A stretch of DNA of 62,992 bases, counting the filler, from Jimgerdemannia flammicorona (lineage: Eukaryota): the NCBI GenBank assembly GCA_003990765.1. It is 2 parts of 2 records of this genome, joined end to end, with 100 filler letters (N's around TTAATTAATTAA, not from the genome) between each part and the next. Parts side by side here need not be neighbours in the genome. Positions count along the whole stretch, not along the records: positions 1 to 31,451 come from RBNJ01000396.1; 1 more part is not named here. One strand, given 5' to 3'. Within the stretch, counting starts at the first letter, position 1. Each line of letters begins with the position of its first letter. Under the pieces are notes generated by a model. The model did no database searches and was not told the origin of the DNA. It saw only the letters and a program-made list of their open reading frames with translations. This document shows positions 14,760 to 27,058 of this stretch, one piece after another. A program made the translations under genes and the position numbers.

Positions 14760-16600
14760 TTCCATACTCATCTCATCCCCAGCCAGATCCAAGTGCTATT
14801 TAGCTTCCAAGTCACCCTCTGCATTAGTCTGAGCATCCAGTGCCTCCAAGATTTCCTGACATTCTACCATCCACTACCTCCATCTCTGACTAGTAGTCTA
14901 TGCAGACTGTGCACTACTTCTCCAGTCCCTTCCTCAAGTTCCACAAGTATAATGCCCTGTCACTTACAATCCTTCTAAGTTCCTCTTCTCTCTGATTATT
15001 GACTTGAAATTCAACTGACTCCAGGAGAACAGCCAGGATCTCATTCCTCATCTTCCTCGGCACCTCCTCCCCCCATAGGATCTCCTCCCAATACCTCTCT
15101 TTCATAACCCTGAAATCCTCTCCCCCCAGCTCTTCCACCACTACCCCTTCCAGGGTCTTCCACATCCACTTCTCCTCATTCACCGCCTCCACCACACCCT
15201 GAATGATTTGCCCCCCATCCACCTCAGGGTCCACCAGTATGCTCTTCCTCACTGACTCATCCCACTCCTCATCCGGTACATCCAGCAGCTTCTCCTCCCC
15301 CTCAGCTCCACCCAGGACACTATACTGAGGGTGTACACCTTTACTCATTTCCACATCTACCTCCATATTGCCTTCCCTCTCCTCCTCCACTCCAATCTGA
15401 GCCCCACCCCAGGCCCTTTCACCCCCCTCAGCCCAGGTGCTCTCCTGCAATCCCACAACCCCCTCCCCTGAGCTTCCACTAACTCTACCCCCACCCAACT
15501 TCACCAGCAGCTCCTTCTGGATTTTCCTCCCCTGTATCTTCTCCCAGGCCCCCCTCTCTATCCAGACCCTCTTCCCATCCATCTCCCCCACCACTGTCCT
15601 GGCCTCAAACTCCTTCCAGGCCAATCTCCTCCTTACAACTGCCCCTTCCAGATCCTCCAGAGCCTCCAACAGGTCTTCCTCCTCCTCCTAGGTCCCCTTC
15701 ACCCTCATGACCTTGCACTTCACTGGTCTCTACCTCAGCATCGCTAGCCAGTCCCTAGACTTCCCTGTATTCTCCTTCCCAGCCAGCCTCACCCTGATAT
15801 TAATGTCACCAGTCCGAAGCTCTGTACCCTCCCAGACCTTGAACCCAACATCCACAATCTCTCCATACTCCTTGATTGCCTTCACAACCAACTCCCTGGT
15901 CCTCTCCTTCAACACTATAGGGAGATCCAATATTGTCAACTGCACCACTCGGGGGTCCCAGCGCATGTACCTGGCCATAGGGACCACAACCCTGCCAACT
16001 GTCACCCCCTTCTCCAAGGCTGCCAGCAAGGCATCTTCCTTCTTGAACCCCACCTTAACCCCTTCCTTCCCCTTCAAAAACTTCACCAACACTGCTCCCT
16101 TTACCTCCTGTACCACCAGCCCCAAAATCATTCTTGCCATTACTGCCAAGCCCCGGAAGCACATTGTGACCATGAATTCCGACCTCAACTTCTTGAGTAA
16201 CGGGGCCAACACCATGCCTGTCACCCCATCTGCCAGGTCCCTGGGCCTTGTGCCCACTCTCTGTCCCGAATTGTCAACCACCATCACATCTGGATTTTTT
16301 TGCCAGATCTTCAGTCACAGCCCCATCAACAGTCATATCTCCAGCCCCTACTCCCACTCCTCTCCTACCATCTGAAACTCCCCTGGGCACACCTTCCTGT
16401 CCCCCAGCAGTAGCTGTCAATGCCTTCCCTAGGCCCAGCCAACCATCTAGACCAGAGGCCATCTTCCCCATTCTGATCTTATCAGCAAAGGTCAACCTCT
16501 CCCCTCCTCTCTGCCTCAGACCACCCCTCCCTCCACCACCAGGGCCTCTGCTAGCCATCGAGGTCCCCAGCATCTCCAAACCATCTCCCCTCCTCCCCAT
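14760..16600 (-). pseudogene. LINE ORF1 (Gly-rich N-terminus, RRM-like core, acidic/coiled C-terminus)
   Basis: ORF pieces 16274-16600, 15730-16287 and 14914-15669 are collinear with the longer intact ORF 59434-60594; located upstream of ORF2. Confidence 0.8.
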
Positions 16601-16799
16601 CTGCTGCCAGCCAAAGGCACCACCACCCCCCTGGTCAGTATGCTCACTAGTTTGATCATTGCCATCTATGTTGATAGTTGTCGGACACCAAAAACATAGT
16701 AAAAAGTATTGTCTGAGTCTTGTATCACCCGAATGTTACTGGTGAAAAGAAAACTGTTATAATTTACCTCTATCAAGCTGGGTATATTATAGTATCCTT

Positions 16800-18400
16800 T
16801 TTTGTATTCTGCCTGTCTCTCTTTTAGATCAAATCATTCTTGTTTAATGAAAGGGGAATATCAGAGATATTAATTGTCTTATCATCTTTATCTGAGTCAA
16901 TATCTTTGCACAGATCATAAACTATTTTTTCAATCTCAAGTGGGTTGATATAATTACAAGCCTTATTAATTATCTTAAGCTATTTTATATATATTTTCTT
17001 ATACTCTCTTTTATTGAAAGTTCTTAGTAAGATATCAGGCCAGGTAATATAATCCAGCTATAATTATATAAAGGGATAAATATATATCAAATAAGTATAT
17101 ATTAGTAAATATAAATTTATAAACTTGAAAATATACTTACAAATATATAAATAATAGTAACTATATAATAGTTAATATGTTCATCTTTTTGAAACACATT
17201 TGTAAACTGAGGTTTCTGTTTGAAGAATATGAAATAAAGCAGTTGCTTTATATAGTTGCTATAGAATGGCTTACTGAGCTCACCCTTGTCATCCTTCAGA
17301 TAAATGAAATTATTCTGGACTCATAAATATTGTACCACTTGTTGGTGAGTATAAGTAAGATCTTTTAGAGCTATAGATCTTGGCTAATCTACATCAGAGA
17401 AGATTTCATCAAACTTTTTATCAAAGACTTCATGAATGTGGGAATAGTAGACTATAATCTGATAATATAACTATTTTTTAATAAAAATAAAAATGGTTGA
17501 GTTTGTGAACTGTCAAATAAATATATAAATAGAATATGAATAAAACACTCACTATAGCATAAATTGACCCATTACTATCTTTGGCCTTCAAGCCTATGTC
17601 TTTTTATTTTCAGATCACTGTCACACTTTGGGAAAAGATCTTCAAGGAAAAGATAATGAAGAAGTATGTCTACTGTGAGCTTTCAGATTACTTCATTGAT
17701 CTTATATTTCTAGTAAAGGTCACTGATTTCTATAGATTTGCTAAATTATGATAAGAAAATTCAATTTACATTTACTATATAAACTATAATTTACAAACTT
17801 ATTTTCAAAAATAACTTATCTATTTCTTTTTCTGCCTTGCTTAACTATCTGTCCTACATACTTGACCAAACAAGCCTTTACATAATTATTCTGAAGTACC
17901 TCATTATCTGGAAGTACCTCATCATCCAAAAACATCTTGCTATATAGAAATATCTCATCATTCTTAATTATAAGCTCAGGTTCTTCATTATTTCTACCTT
18001 GTTTGCCACCTCTACCTTGTTCACCAACTCTATCTTCATCTTGATCTTATATAGTCTTTTATCATTTAGCTGCCCTCTTATTGAAGTTGAAAGCTACAAA
18101 CTTACTGGTATTAACCTTGTCAGAGTATAATATGGTCTGCTTGGTTTCATATATCTTCATGGTCTGGTGTAATCTATCTATGGTCTGCTCCTTAGTTTTG
18201 TATACCTTCATAGTCTGCAGTCTGTCTATGGTCTATTACTCCTTGGTTTCATATAACTAATATGATTTATTTATAGCTTGGTGTATATTATTCATAGCTT
18301 AATACTTATTGTTCATATTGGAGCATATTTTATTCATCTTAGAATATGATCTATTATCTTTAGGCATGAAGAGATTGTGGTAGAGGGGGGGTAAGAAAAG
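16800..18400 (-). pseudogene. Heavily decayed multi-exon gene of unknown function
   Basis: Coding-like blocks on minus (e.g. YYSHIHEVFDKKFDEIFSDVD, NNFIYLKDDKGELSKPFYS, DEVLPDNEVL) separated by short AT-rich intron-like stretches; no recognisable domain. Confidence 0.35.
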
Positions 18401-18463
18401 ATATAATTCTTTTAGGTAAAGATCTCTTTTTATATCTACAATGTTTATAATAGATATACATAT

Positions 18464-18545
18464 TATAATGTAGTAGATGTCTAATCTCAGAAATATAGCA
18501 GATTTCTGTATCTTGAAAACTTGACTTGTTCTGACTCTCACAGAG
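18464..18545 (-). repeat. Terminal fragment of a family B LTR, interrupted by family C
   Basis: TATAATGTAGTAGATG...GATTTCTGTATCTTGAAA...CTGACTCTCACAGAG matches 24139-24218. Confidence 0.75.
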
Positions 18546-20588
18546 TATAAGCATATGTATAACCTCCAAGTCACTGAAATTATATATCACCCTCTGAACA
18601 AATCTGGAAATCACATGCAAGATCATGAAGCTGAGTCAAACTAAAGTTATAACATACAAAGCTGAGTCAACTCAAAGTCATAGAACACAAGATTTATATA
18701 AATAGAATCTTACTAATTAGGACCAAATATATATATACTGAGCATACAGATGTATCAAAACAGAGAACTATAACAAACTAAACAAATAACTCCAACTCTT
18801 GAACATATATACAAATATGACCCCTGAGATCTACAACTACATCCACACTGACATTTGGAATGCTATTGTCAACTTAGCCACACTCCCTCTGCCTCTTATA
18901 AATATCCATAGCCTAGCCCCCCTCTACTTTGTAGAAGTTCAATGGAATACTCTGAACATAGCAAAGTCCACCAAATTGGACAAATCTCAAGCTACTATCA
19001 GATCAGCCATCTCTTGGAAAATATGGTCAAACACTACCATTATACTAACATTATCCAGATATCTCAATACCAGAAGCTTATTACCTGTAAATACTGAGAA
19101 CTCTTTTAAAAGTATAGCTCCTTTATTTCCTATCTCCAAGTTACTATCACTGAGATGATTGCTATCTTATCTTATGGCCAAATCAATGATATGATATAAG
19201 AACTCAACTATAAGTATATTGAGTATATTCAAATCACAGACAGTACCTTTCTACACCCCAATGATCATATCTTGCAAATGTTTCAAGTTGGATATGCCAT
19301 GAAGGATATCTATAATATAATCTAGTTTGATAATAATGAAGCAGAAGATAATGATCTCTCTGACACTGATATGACCTCAAGCCAAGAATCCCTGCCAACT
19401 GATCACTTTGCTAACCTTGCTGATGAACTTACAATAGTTCATAAACACCTATGAGACCTATTGAAATAATGACCACTGGTATGAGTATTAATCTGCATTC
19501 ATTTCTGATTACTTCAACTATAATGAAGAGAATAGAGAACACAACCTGTACCTTCAAACAACTCTTAAGATCGAACCAACAACTCCACCATCCAAGTATG
19601 AGTAATATGAAGTACAACCACCAGCATACTACAACTCTGCAACTCACAGTGCTGTTACTTATAAAAGATATGCAGACAGTGAATCTGATGAAAGTGAAGA
19701 TGATACACCCCTCCTTCACCTACAAACTTCTTACCCAGTATATAAGACTAACAATGCCATTCTGTAGGATAGTAACAAAGTCTCAATATATTATTATCTC
19801 AGCAAATAGAGAGAAGTAATTCATAAACTTCTCTTCCTAAATGACTACTTCATCAGAGATAATGTCATCAATAGTGATGTCATCAAAGACTACCCAGATA
19901 GTATCTAAATTTATAGATAGCTTAGCAGTCATTAGTATAGTTAGATTAGCCTCATACAACATGACTGTAAACTCAGCAGTCAGACTATCTCTTGATATAT
20001 CAGATCACACTTATACTATATGACTGCATTCCAACTCAGCAAGATACTAAGTACTATATCCATATTTAATATAGTCTAGATAACCTCCTACTAGTATAAA
20101 TACCCCCTCTCTTAGATCTCAGAATCTCAGACTTGAACATTCTGAATATACAACAACTTCTGAGCACTTCTCCACAATATCTCTTCACACACTACTCCTA
20201 GTATAGTAATATCCTAAATAGCAAATAAACCTATTTAATAATCCACAAACTACTCTTAAGTAAATCTGCTCTCTGTTAGATCCTACTCCTAACTATATCA
20301 TGAAATTTCCTAATTGGGTATTGTCTGCATTGATATACCAATTCAACTAAGCTGGTCTTAGTTTCTAAAACTTTTTGAAATACAGAAAATCCTGAATATC
20401 TAAAACTAGTCTGAAAAAGGACTTTAGTTGAGACATCAATCTGATCTTGAAATCAATAAGTATAGAGGATATACTCTATATGAAATTGATCTTGACCTAA
20501 GGAAAACAGTCTTCCAGAATATCCAGAACTTCCAGAAAACCCCTCCAGAATTACATAATGGTTACTCTAACAAGTAACCCTCTTATAA
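18546..20588 (+). repeat. ~2-kb 5' LTR of LTR family C (contains a decayed ORF)
   Basis: Homologous end to end with the inverted solo copy 33656-35704; followed by ACTTGGTAG (TGG-starting PBS-like) and gag-like sequence; TATAAATACCCC ~20095. Confidence 0.75.
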
Positions 20589-20599
20589 CTTGGTAGTAG

Positions 20600-21830
20600 T
20601 AGTTTATAATCTAATTCAACTTTAAGATACTTCCTCACCCTGCTACAAATCCCTCTAAGAATTCCTACAAGTTAGTATAAAGCCCAACCTCTGAACTGGA
20701 ATTTATTCTGAACTATCTGACAATCTGGAGAGAATTGAACCTAACATAAAGGACAATTTGACCTCCATACCTACAACAAGTGGGACAGACATCATTCAAA
20801 GAAAGAAGTACTTCAATTAAATCAGCAGATAGGTGAAACCCTATATACCAAACTCCTTGCTCTATATCCTGTAAGTCAAGATGAAGAAGGTCTTATAGAA
20901 GTCTTCTTTACTCTCCTCAATAAGAGTTTTATTAGTTCTACAAATCTGAGTGACTTAGGACAACTAGTAGCTGTTTTTCTAGCCTTAGTTTCTCATAAAG
21001 CCCAAGCCTCTATAGCTAAGTAGCTCAACTCTACTGACTTTCACCATATAAGGACTAAGACTGCCTTATACTACTACTTTCAGAATTGCAAGGCCTGCCA
21101 TATTCTCAAAGAAGAAGTCAGAGAAACTCTCTGTCAACAACCTGACCCTAAACCAGAAGCAGGCCCAGCTAACCTTATCTGCAACTGAAACCAATACTGA
21201 ACTGGAGCTTGATTTTGAATCAAGCCTATCTGAAATCTGATATACAACTGATTCTGTCTACTTTGACACTGAGTAAACCCAACTACACAGAGACCAAACT
21301 GAAGAGAAGGAGGAGTATCTCAGTGAATTAGATTCCAAATACACTACTGAGGGAGATATACCTCCATTGAGAGAACATATCTAGTAATAGACAGCTATCT
21401 ATTGAGCCCTTACTTCAGATCTATAACTATTACTCTAGCAACTTACACAGACTCAAAGAACACCATCACACTCTGCACCAGTACCTCAGATAGTTCCAGT
21501 AACACTACTACCAGTAGTCCAACTACCTCTAGTAAACAACATAGCAAACCAATAGATTCTAGACCTCACAGCCCAGGTAGCTATAATGATAGCAACCATT
21601 ACTGCCTTAGCTAAACAGACCAGACCAACAAAAAATCTGAGCCTACCTACCTTCAATGGTACTGCACAAGAAGTCCAAAGCTTTATTAGTATAGTTGATA
21701 CCAACTTTGAAACCAATCAATAGACCTACAAGTGAGTTGCTGACTGCCTTCTGATAAACAATTAAGACCACACTCTGGAACAACTCTTTGCTACTACTAC
21801 AGCCTATGTCCATCAAGTTATTACATTCTT
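20600..21830 (+). pseudogene. gag remnant of LTR family C (truncated)
   Basis: Follows LTR and PBS; KNLSLPTFNGTAQEVQSFISIVDTNFE resembles the PxFxG..xxF start of Ty3/Gypsy capsid domains. Confidence 0.55.
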
Positions 21831-21834
21831 CTAA

Positions 21835-22557
21835 GGACCAAAGGGTGAAACTGAAATGGAGTCTGGGCCTGGAGTATAGAGATAAGGCAATGATTACTAC
21901 CTAAGTATTGAGTGGTTTAGTGGCACATACTGTAGAGAAATGTTATGCTCAACTTTCACTCAGGCCACCTTATGGAGGGGGGAAACTTTGATTGTAAGGA
22001 GTGCTATAATATAGGACAGGAAGAGGGGTTTATGCAGATGCCAGAACATTGGCTGGAAGAGTGCGAGATACTTAGAGACTTTTGGTTAGTAGTTGGAAAT
22101 AGGTTGGGTGTTGTGTGCAGGTAGGATAGAGAGTGGGGTCAATGGGAAGATCTGAGAGATAGATTGGTAGAGGGAGTGGGGAGGGAGTGGGTTGGGTATT
22201 AGTAGTATAGGTGAGACTGACAGGTTACTGGCTATTTGTGTTTGAGAAAAGAAAGCATTTGAGTTTGAGAGAGTATTTGGCAAGATAGGAAGGGCTGATG
22301 GAGGATACCTTGATGGGCTGGTGGCTGGTTAGGGTCTGCAGAGAGATTGATAGTATCATTTGATAGAGAAAATCTATAGGCAGAGTAAGAGAAAAGTTAG
22401 AGTAGTGAGTGGTAGGGTGGTTTTCAAATATGAGAGTATAGAGAGAGGGACTATCTAGGGGTATTGAGTAGTGTGAGGGGATAATATAATTATATATAAT
22501 AGATTGGTAATAAATGGTAGAGTCTAAGTGACTATAAAATAAAAAAAAAAAAAAAAA
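21835..22557 (+). mobile_element. 5'-truncated LINE copy (3' end)
   Basis: CKECYNIGQEEG..QMPEHWLEEC homologous to 11061-11603; ends GACTATAAAAT-poly(A). Confidence 0.88.
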
Positions 22558-22559
22558 GA

Positions 22560-22980
22560 TAGTAGTAGAGAATTAGTGAGTATATTAGGATCCAGAGCTG
22601 AATTAATGAAAGCAGATATAGGTACCAGAGCCTAGGACTTCTTGAGATAGTAGTGAAGACTATAGTAAAACTATATACTGATAGAATTAATATATTGCAG
22701 AGAGTCAAAGATAACTTTCAGCTCTAAATTCTAAGTTTTTAAGAAAGTACTAAGTTTCAATTGCCTATTTCAGTAGAGTCTAGATATTGCTTTTGAATTT
22801 TTATACTAGTGGGAGAGCTGAGCTTATATTTCAAGTTGATTAGGCTCAGAATTATTAATAAGTCAGATTTGAGGGTTTTGTAATAAGAATACTGCTTTAT
22901 TCTTATATTTGGAGAAAGTGGAGCTGAGGTTATAATATAATCAGTACCAAACTCTAGATATTTATCAAATTAAAGAATAG
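22560..22980 (-). pseudogene. Possible decayed non-LTR RT thumb-region fragment
   Basis: Minus-strand KYL(E/G)FG-like motif near 22945-22965 followed by coding-like sequence; very degenerate. Confidence 0.25.
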
Positions 22981-23046
22981 TATATGAGACTACTTAAAAT
23001 ATAATTTTACTTTATTATTTATTACTCAAATTGATAATATTCTCAG

Positions 23047-23193
23047 TAGTACTTCTAAATGAATCAAATCAATTTAAATCAAATTGGATTAGGATTGATT
23101 TCAATCAAATTAAATTGAGAATTTTTATATTTAAATTGAATTTGAATCAAATTAAGGTCTGATTTAATTTAATTTGAATTAAATTGAATATTA
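23047..23193. mobile_element. Decayed hAT end or small MITE
   Basis: Starts TAGTACTTC (cf. TAGTGCTCC) with AATCAAAT/GAATTTGAAT repeats that are the C>T/G>A-decayed form of the hAT subterminal GATTCG repeats; no convincing TSD. Confidence 0.35.
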
Positions 23194-23579
23194 ATTTGAG
23201 AATCTCAGTGGCTTACTATATTATGAGATAGTCAGTTTTTTATTTAAAAGATATATCATTTGAAATTTATATATAACTAAATTTTACATCTAACCAAAAT
23301 TTACATATAATCAAAATTCACATTTATCAAAATTCATATATAACTAATATACATTTTCAAAATTCTTATATATATATAACTCTAGTCCTAATCCTGGTCT
23401 CAGCTATATCTAGCTATAGTAGCAGCTATCTGGTGAACATTATTATATAACCTCTTTCTTAGCAAAAGATTAGAGATTAATAGATTGAATTGTTGATAGA
23501 TTTTGAGAAGAGTATAATATAGTTTTCTATATCTTCTATAATTTTAGCAGCTTATATAAGATTGATCTTTAGTTTTGAA

Positions 23580-23900
23580 GTAGTGGCTTAAGCAGTAATA
23601 GCAGCTTAGACTTAGGCAGTGGCTTGAGCTTAGGCAGTAGCTTGGGTAATAGCTTAGACAGTAGCAGTAGCTTGAGCAGTAGTAGTAGCTTGAGCTTTGA
23701 CAGTAGCTTGAGCTTAAGTAACAACTTAAACTTGAGCAGTAGCTTAGGCTTAGATAGTAGCTTGGGCTAGAATAACAGCTTAGACTTAAGTAGTAGCTTA
23801 AGCTTAGATGATAGCTTGGGCTTAGATGACAGCTTTAGAGATCTCAGGAGTAGAGGCTTTAGAGACAGTCTGAGAGATAGCTTCAGAGATAGTCTTTAAG
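23580..23900. repeat. Degenerate ~18-bp tandem repeat (GCAGTAGCTTGAGCTTAR) followed by a 12-bp GAGAYAGYCTTY repeat
   Basis: Visible periodic units; period is a multiple of 3. Confidence 0.75.
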
Positions 23901-24138
23901 ATAAATTACTTAATTATTTTTTTAATTTTCTTCTTTTTCTTCTTTTGCTTCTTGTATTCATTATCAGTCTTAGATTTTTTATCATCCAACTAGATAATAA
24001 TCTTATTGATAGTATTGTTTATATTCTCAAAGGCTTCAGAAATATAATTAATATAGAATTGAAGTTTTTTATAAGGTGAGAATATTTTTTGTTTTTTGTT
24101 TTATTTTTTTTTTTATTAAAGTTAGCTTATTTATATAT

Positions 24139-27058
24139 TATAACATAGTGGATGCTTACTCTTGAAAGTACATCAGATTTCTGTATCTTGAAATCTGACT
24201 GTTCTGACTCTCGCAGAGTCTCTTGAAGTTGCAGGAGAGGGTGGGTGAGTTTGAAGTGTATCTGCCTATAGGCTTACTAGTTCCTTTGCTATCTCTTTGC
24301 TTTGAACTATTTTGATCTGAGGTTTATTCACTTTAAGATACTGGGTTATTTATATAAGTTTTGCTAGCTATAAGATGGGTAAGTTATGACTATGTTTTCT
24401 GTGAGTCAGTAAGTATAAATTCTCTACATCTGCCAGAATCTTTATGATCATAAAGGATTTACATCTGTAGAATTTCTACAGTTGCCAAAGTTTCTATGAA
24501 TGTTAAAGTTTCTATACTTGTAAAATATGACTGCTATTTGTAAGACTAAGCTATATTGAGAATTGGATTCAGGTACCATGATCAAATGTCTAATTCTTCT
24601 GATTCATGTTACTAATTCAGATTGACTGTCACAACTTCCTCCTGAATAGGTGATTCATCCCTGAAGTATCCTATTCACTCAAACTCCCAGGCTTCTATGA
24701 TCTGTATCTCCTTATACTGTGCAATTTGTGCTATTACATTCTTCCAATATTGTCTTCTAACCTGTCCAAAATCTCCTAAGATTACTTCTCGAAGATGAGC
24801 TAGAGCTGACTTATCATCTTTGAATAATTTGTGCACTCTCTTGGCAATCATGATCTGAATGTAGGTGAGCTGACATTCTTTAATCCAGTCTTCTTTCCCC
24901 ATCTTCAGATTTGAATTCAGTAGTTATCCTAGCTTGAAGTATTTCTGAAACTCAGTTCATGTCTGGTAGGCTTTGAAGTGCAAAATTCATGATAGGTGGG
25001 TCTGGACTATACTTTGTACACTATCAAAGGATTCCTCCATTGTTGGTAGTTCAGTAGAACACCATTGTCTCTCTATGGCTTATTGGGTGGTGCTGGTGAT
25101 CTTGAGGGCAGCTGCATTACTTCATTAGCTGGTCATGGTACTTCTTGAGTCTGTTTCAGTGGATAGTAGTGGGGATGATTGTGCCTGAGAGTTTTTGTAG
25201 CCAAAAGGTGGTCCCTTTTATATCTTGCACAAGGTAAGGTCCTTCCTACTTAGGCTCCAGTTTTCATGACCATGAAGCTTCTACTATATTCCAATATACT
25301 AGGACTTTGTCTCCTATCTTGATAATCTCCAAGGGTTTGTGAGTCTTTTCCACATTCCTCTGTTGTAGTGTCTGTGCCTTGGTTATGTAATCCTCAGCCT
25401 TCTTCCTGATTTGGTATAGTCTCCATATTTCCATGTCCACATGTTTCCATATAGCATCTCTATTGGATAATAGGGTTCCCTGAGAACATTCTTCTCTGAA
25501 CAGCATTTCTCAAGGGGTAAAGTGGGTACTTTGTGATCAGATATCCCGGAGAGTGGATAATGCTATTGGCAGATAGTGATCCCAGTTCTTGTAGTTATCA
25601 CAGATCTTGGCAATAATGTTCTTGAGGGTCTTGTTAGTCCTTTCTACTTGTCCGTTTCCTTGAGGGTGATATACTGTGGTCCAAATATGCTGGATCTTAT
25701 ACTTCTTGTAGAGAACTTTGAAAAACTGGTTCACAAATTCTATTCCTCTATCTGTAGTTACTTGCAATGGGGTCTTGAATTGGCAGATGATTTCTTTGTG
25801 GAAGAAATCAGTGATTGATTGTGCATTGGCTTCTATGAGGGGTCCTGCTTCTATCTATTTTGTAAAAAGGTCTATGATGATGATGATGTATCGGTTGCCA
25901 GTCAAAGTCAAGGGTAGAGGGCTGATTACATCCATTGCAATGTGGGCAAATGGTACTGGTTCTATGTGTGCTGATCCTGGGGCTTGATTTTATTGGTCTT
26001 GTTTCTGTTTCTAGCATTTTTCACAGGTCTTGACGAATTGTCTGATATCTTCCTCCATCTCTGGCCACCATATTGTTCTTCTTGCCTTGTCATAAGTATT
26101 CATTCCTCCTAGATGGCCAAGTTCATATACTGATTTCATTGCTTGCTCCTTCTTGTATTCTGGTATAACTAGTAGTTTTCCTTTCTTCAGTATTTCTCTG
26201 TCAGTTTCAAATTGTTTCTATGTTCTGTTGATAATTGTTTGTATTCATTCTTCCAGATGTTGGGGCATTTTTCGCTGTCCCAGGTATGTGATAATTCTAT
26301 AGTAGAGCTCCTTATTCATGATTGATTTGTTGGTTGGAGGTAGTTCGAGATGTCCATGAGAGGGCATCTGTATTGGCATTGGTTCTTCCAGAGCAGTGTA
26401 CAATGGTTACATCATAAGCTTGCAACTTCATTATCTATCTGACATAGATTCCTTTGGGTTGTCCGGTTGTCAGTAGTCAGGTAAGAGCTGAGTGGTCCAT
26501 TTGGATGATGAAGTGTCTTCCAGCCAAGTAGTAGTGGAACTTTTCTATGGCCCAGATAACTGCAAGGTATTCCAACTTGTAGGATTTTTATTCTTTTTCA
26601 GCTCCTCGGGTTCCACAGCTGAGGTATGTGATGACATACTCCACTTTATCTTTCTTTTGAGCTAAGACTGCTCCTAGTCCTTGTGCACTTGCATCAGTCT
26701 GTAGGATGAATTCTTGAGTCCAGTCAGGTCTTCTGAGGATGGGTGCCTGGGTCAGTCTAACCTTGAGTTCATCCTTCTTGTTGAGTTCATAGATTGGTCC
26801 CACAATATTAGAAAATCCTCTAATAAATCTGTGATAATAGGAGGCAAGTTCCATGAAGGCTTAGGCTTCTATAACAGTGGTGGGTCTTGGGTATGCTGCC
26901 ACTACTTGTATCTCAAGGGGGTCTGTGTGTGTTCTGTCTCAGTTAATGATGTGACCAAGATAGGAGATCTTGATTTCTGTAAATTTGTATTTCTTGGGCT
27001 TAATGTATAGGCCATGCTCTCTCAGTCTTTCTATTATCTACCAGATGTGCTACAGGTG
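24139..27058 (-). mobile_element. Ty3/Gypsy family B, 3' half (RT end, RNase H, integrase, extra ORF, PPT, 3' LTR 24139-24633)
   Basis: YLGHII, LASYYHRFI, FILQTDASAQGLGAVL, VTTDRGIEF, HPQGNGQVERTN; PPT AGGAGGAAGT then TGTGACAG at 24633. Confidence 0.9.
24675..25040 (-). pseudogene. Accessory ORF downstream of integrase in Gypsy B
   Basis: MEESFDSVQSIVQ... continuing via a frameshift into ORF 24675-24902, which ends just before the PPT. Confidence 0.5.

Larger units (their letters stand above)
10930..16756 (-). mobile_element. Full-length L1/Tx1-like non-LTR retrotransposon (LINE)
   Basis: ~63-nt poly(A) tail (poly-T on +, to ~10992) after GACTATA; 15-bp TSD TTATAATTTATCTCT (10915-10929) / TTATAATTTACCTCT (16757-16771); ORF1 and ORF2 remnants. 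Confidence 0.95.
216..16791 (+). mobile_element. Ty3/Gypsy LTR retrotransposon family A, copy 1 (full length, decayed; MITE in 5' LTR, LINE in 3' LTR)
   Basis: Direct repeats start TGTGATAAGCAGCAGAATT (216) and TATAATAAGCAGCAGAATT (9609). PBS at 1951, PPT AGTAGGGGCTGA just before 9609, gag-PR-dUTPase-RT-RH-IN remnants in between. Flanks ATAT/GTAT are compatible with a 4-bp TSD. Confidence 0.93.

Noticed and set aside
15437..16655. Long Ser/Pro/Thr-rich plus-strand ORFs (also 13222-13851 + and 59553-60398 -)
   Set aside because: Antisense shadows of G-rich LINE ORFs.
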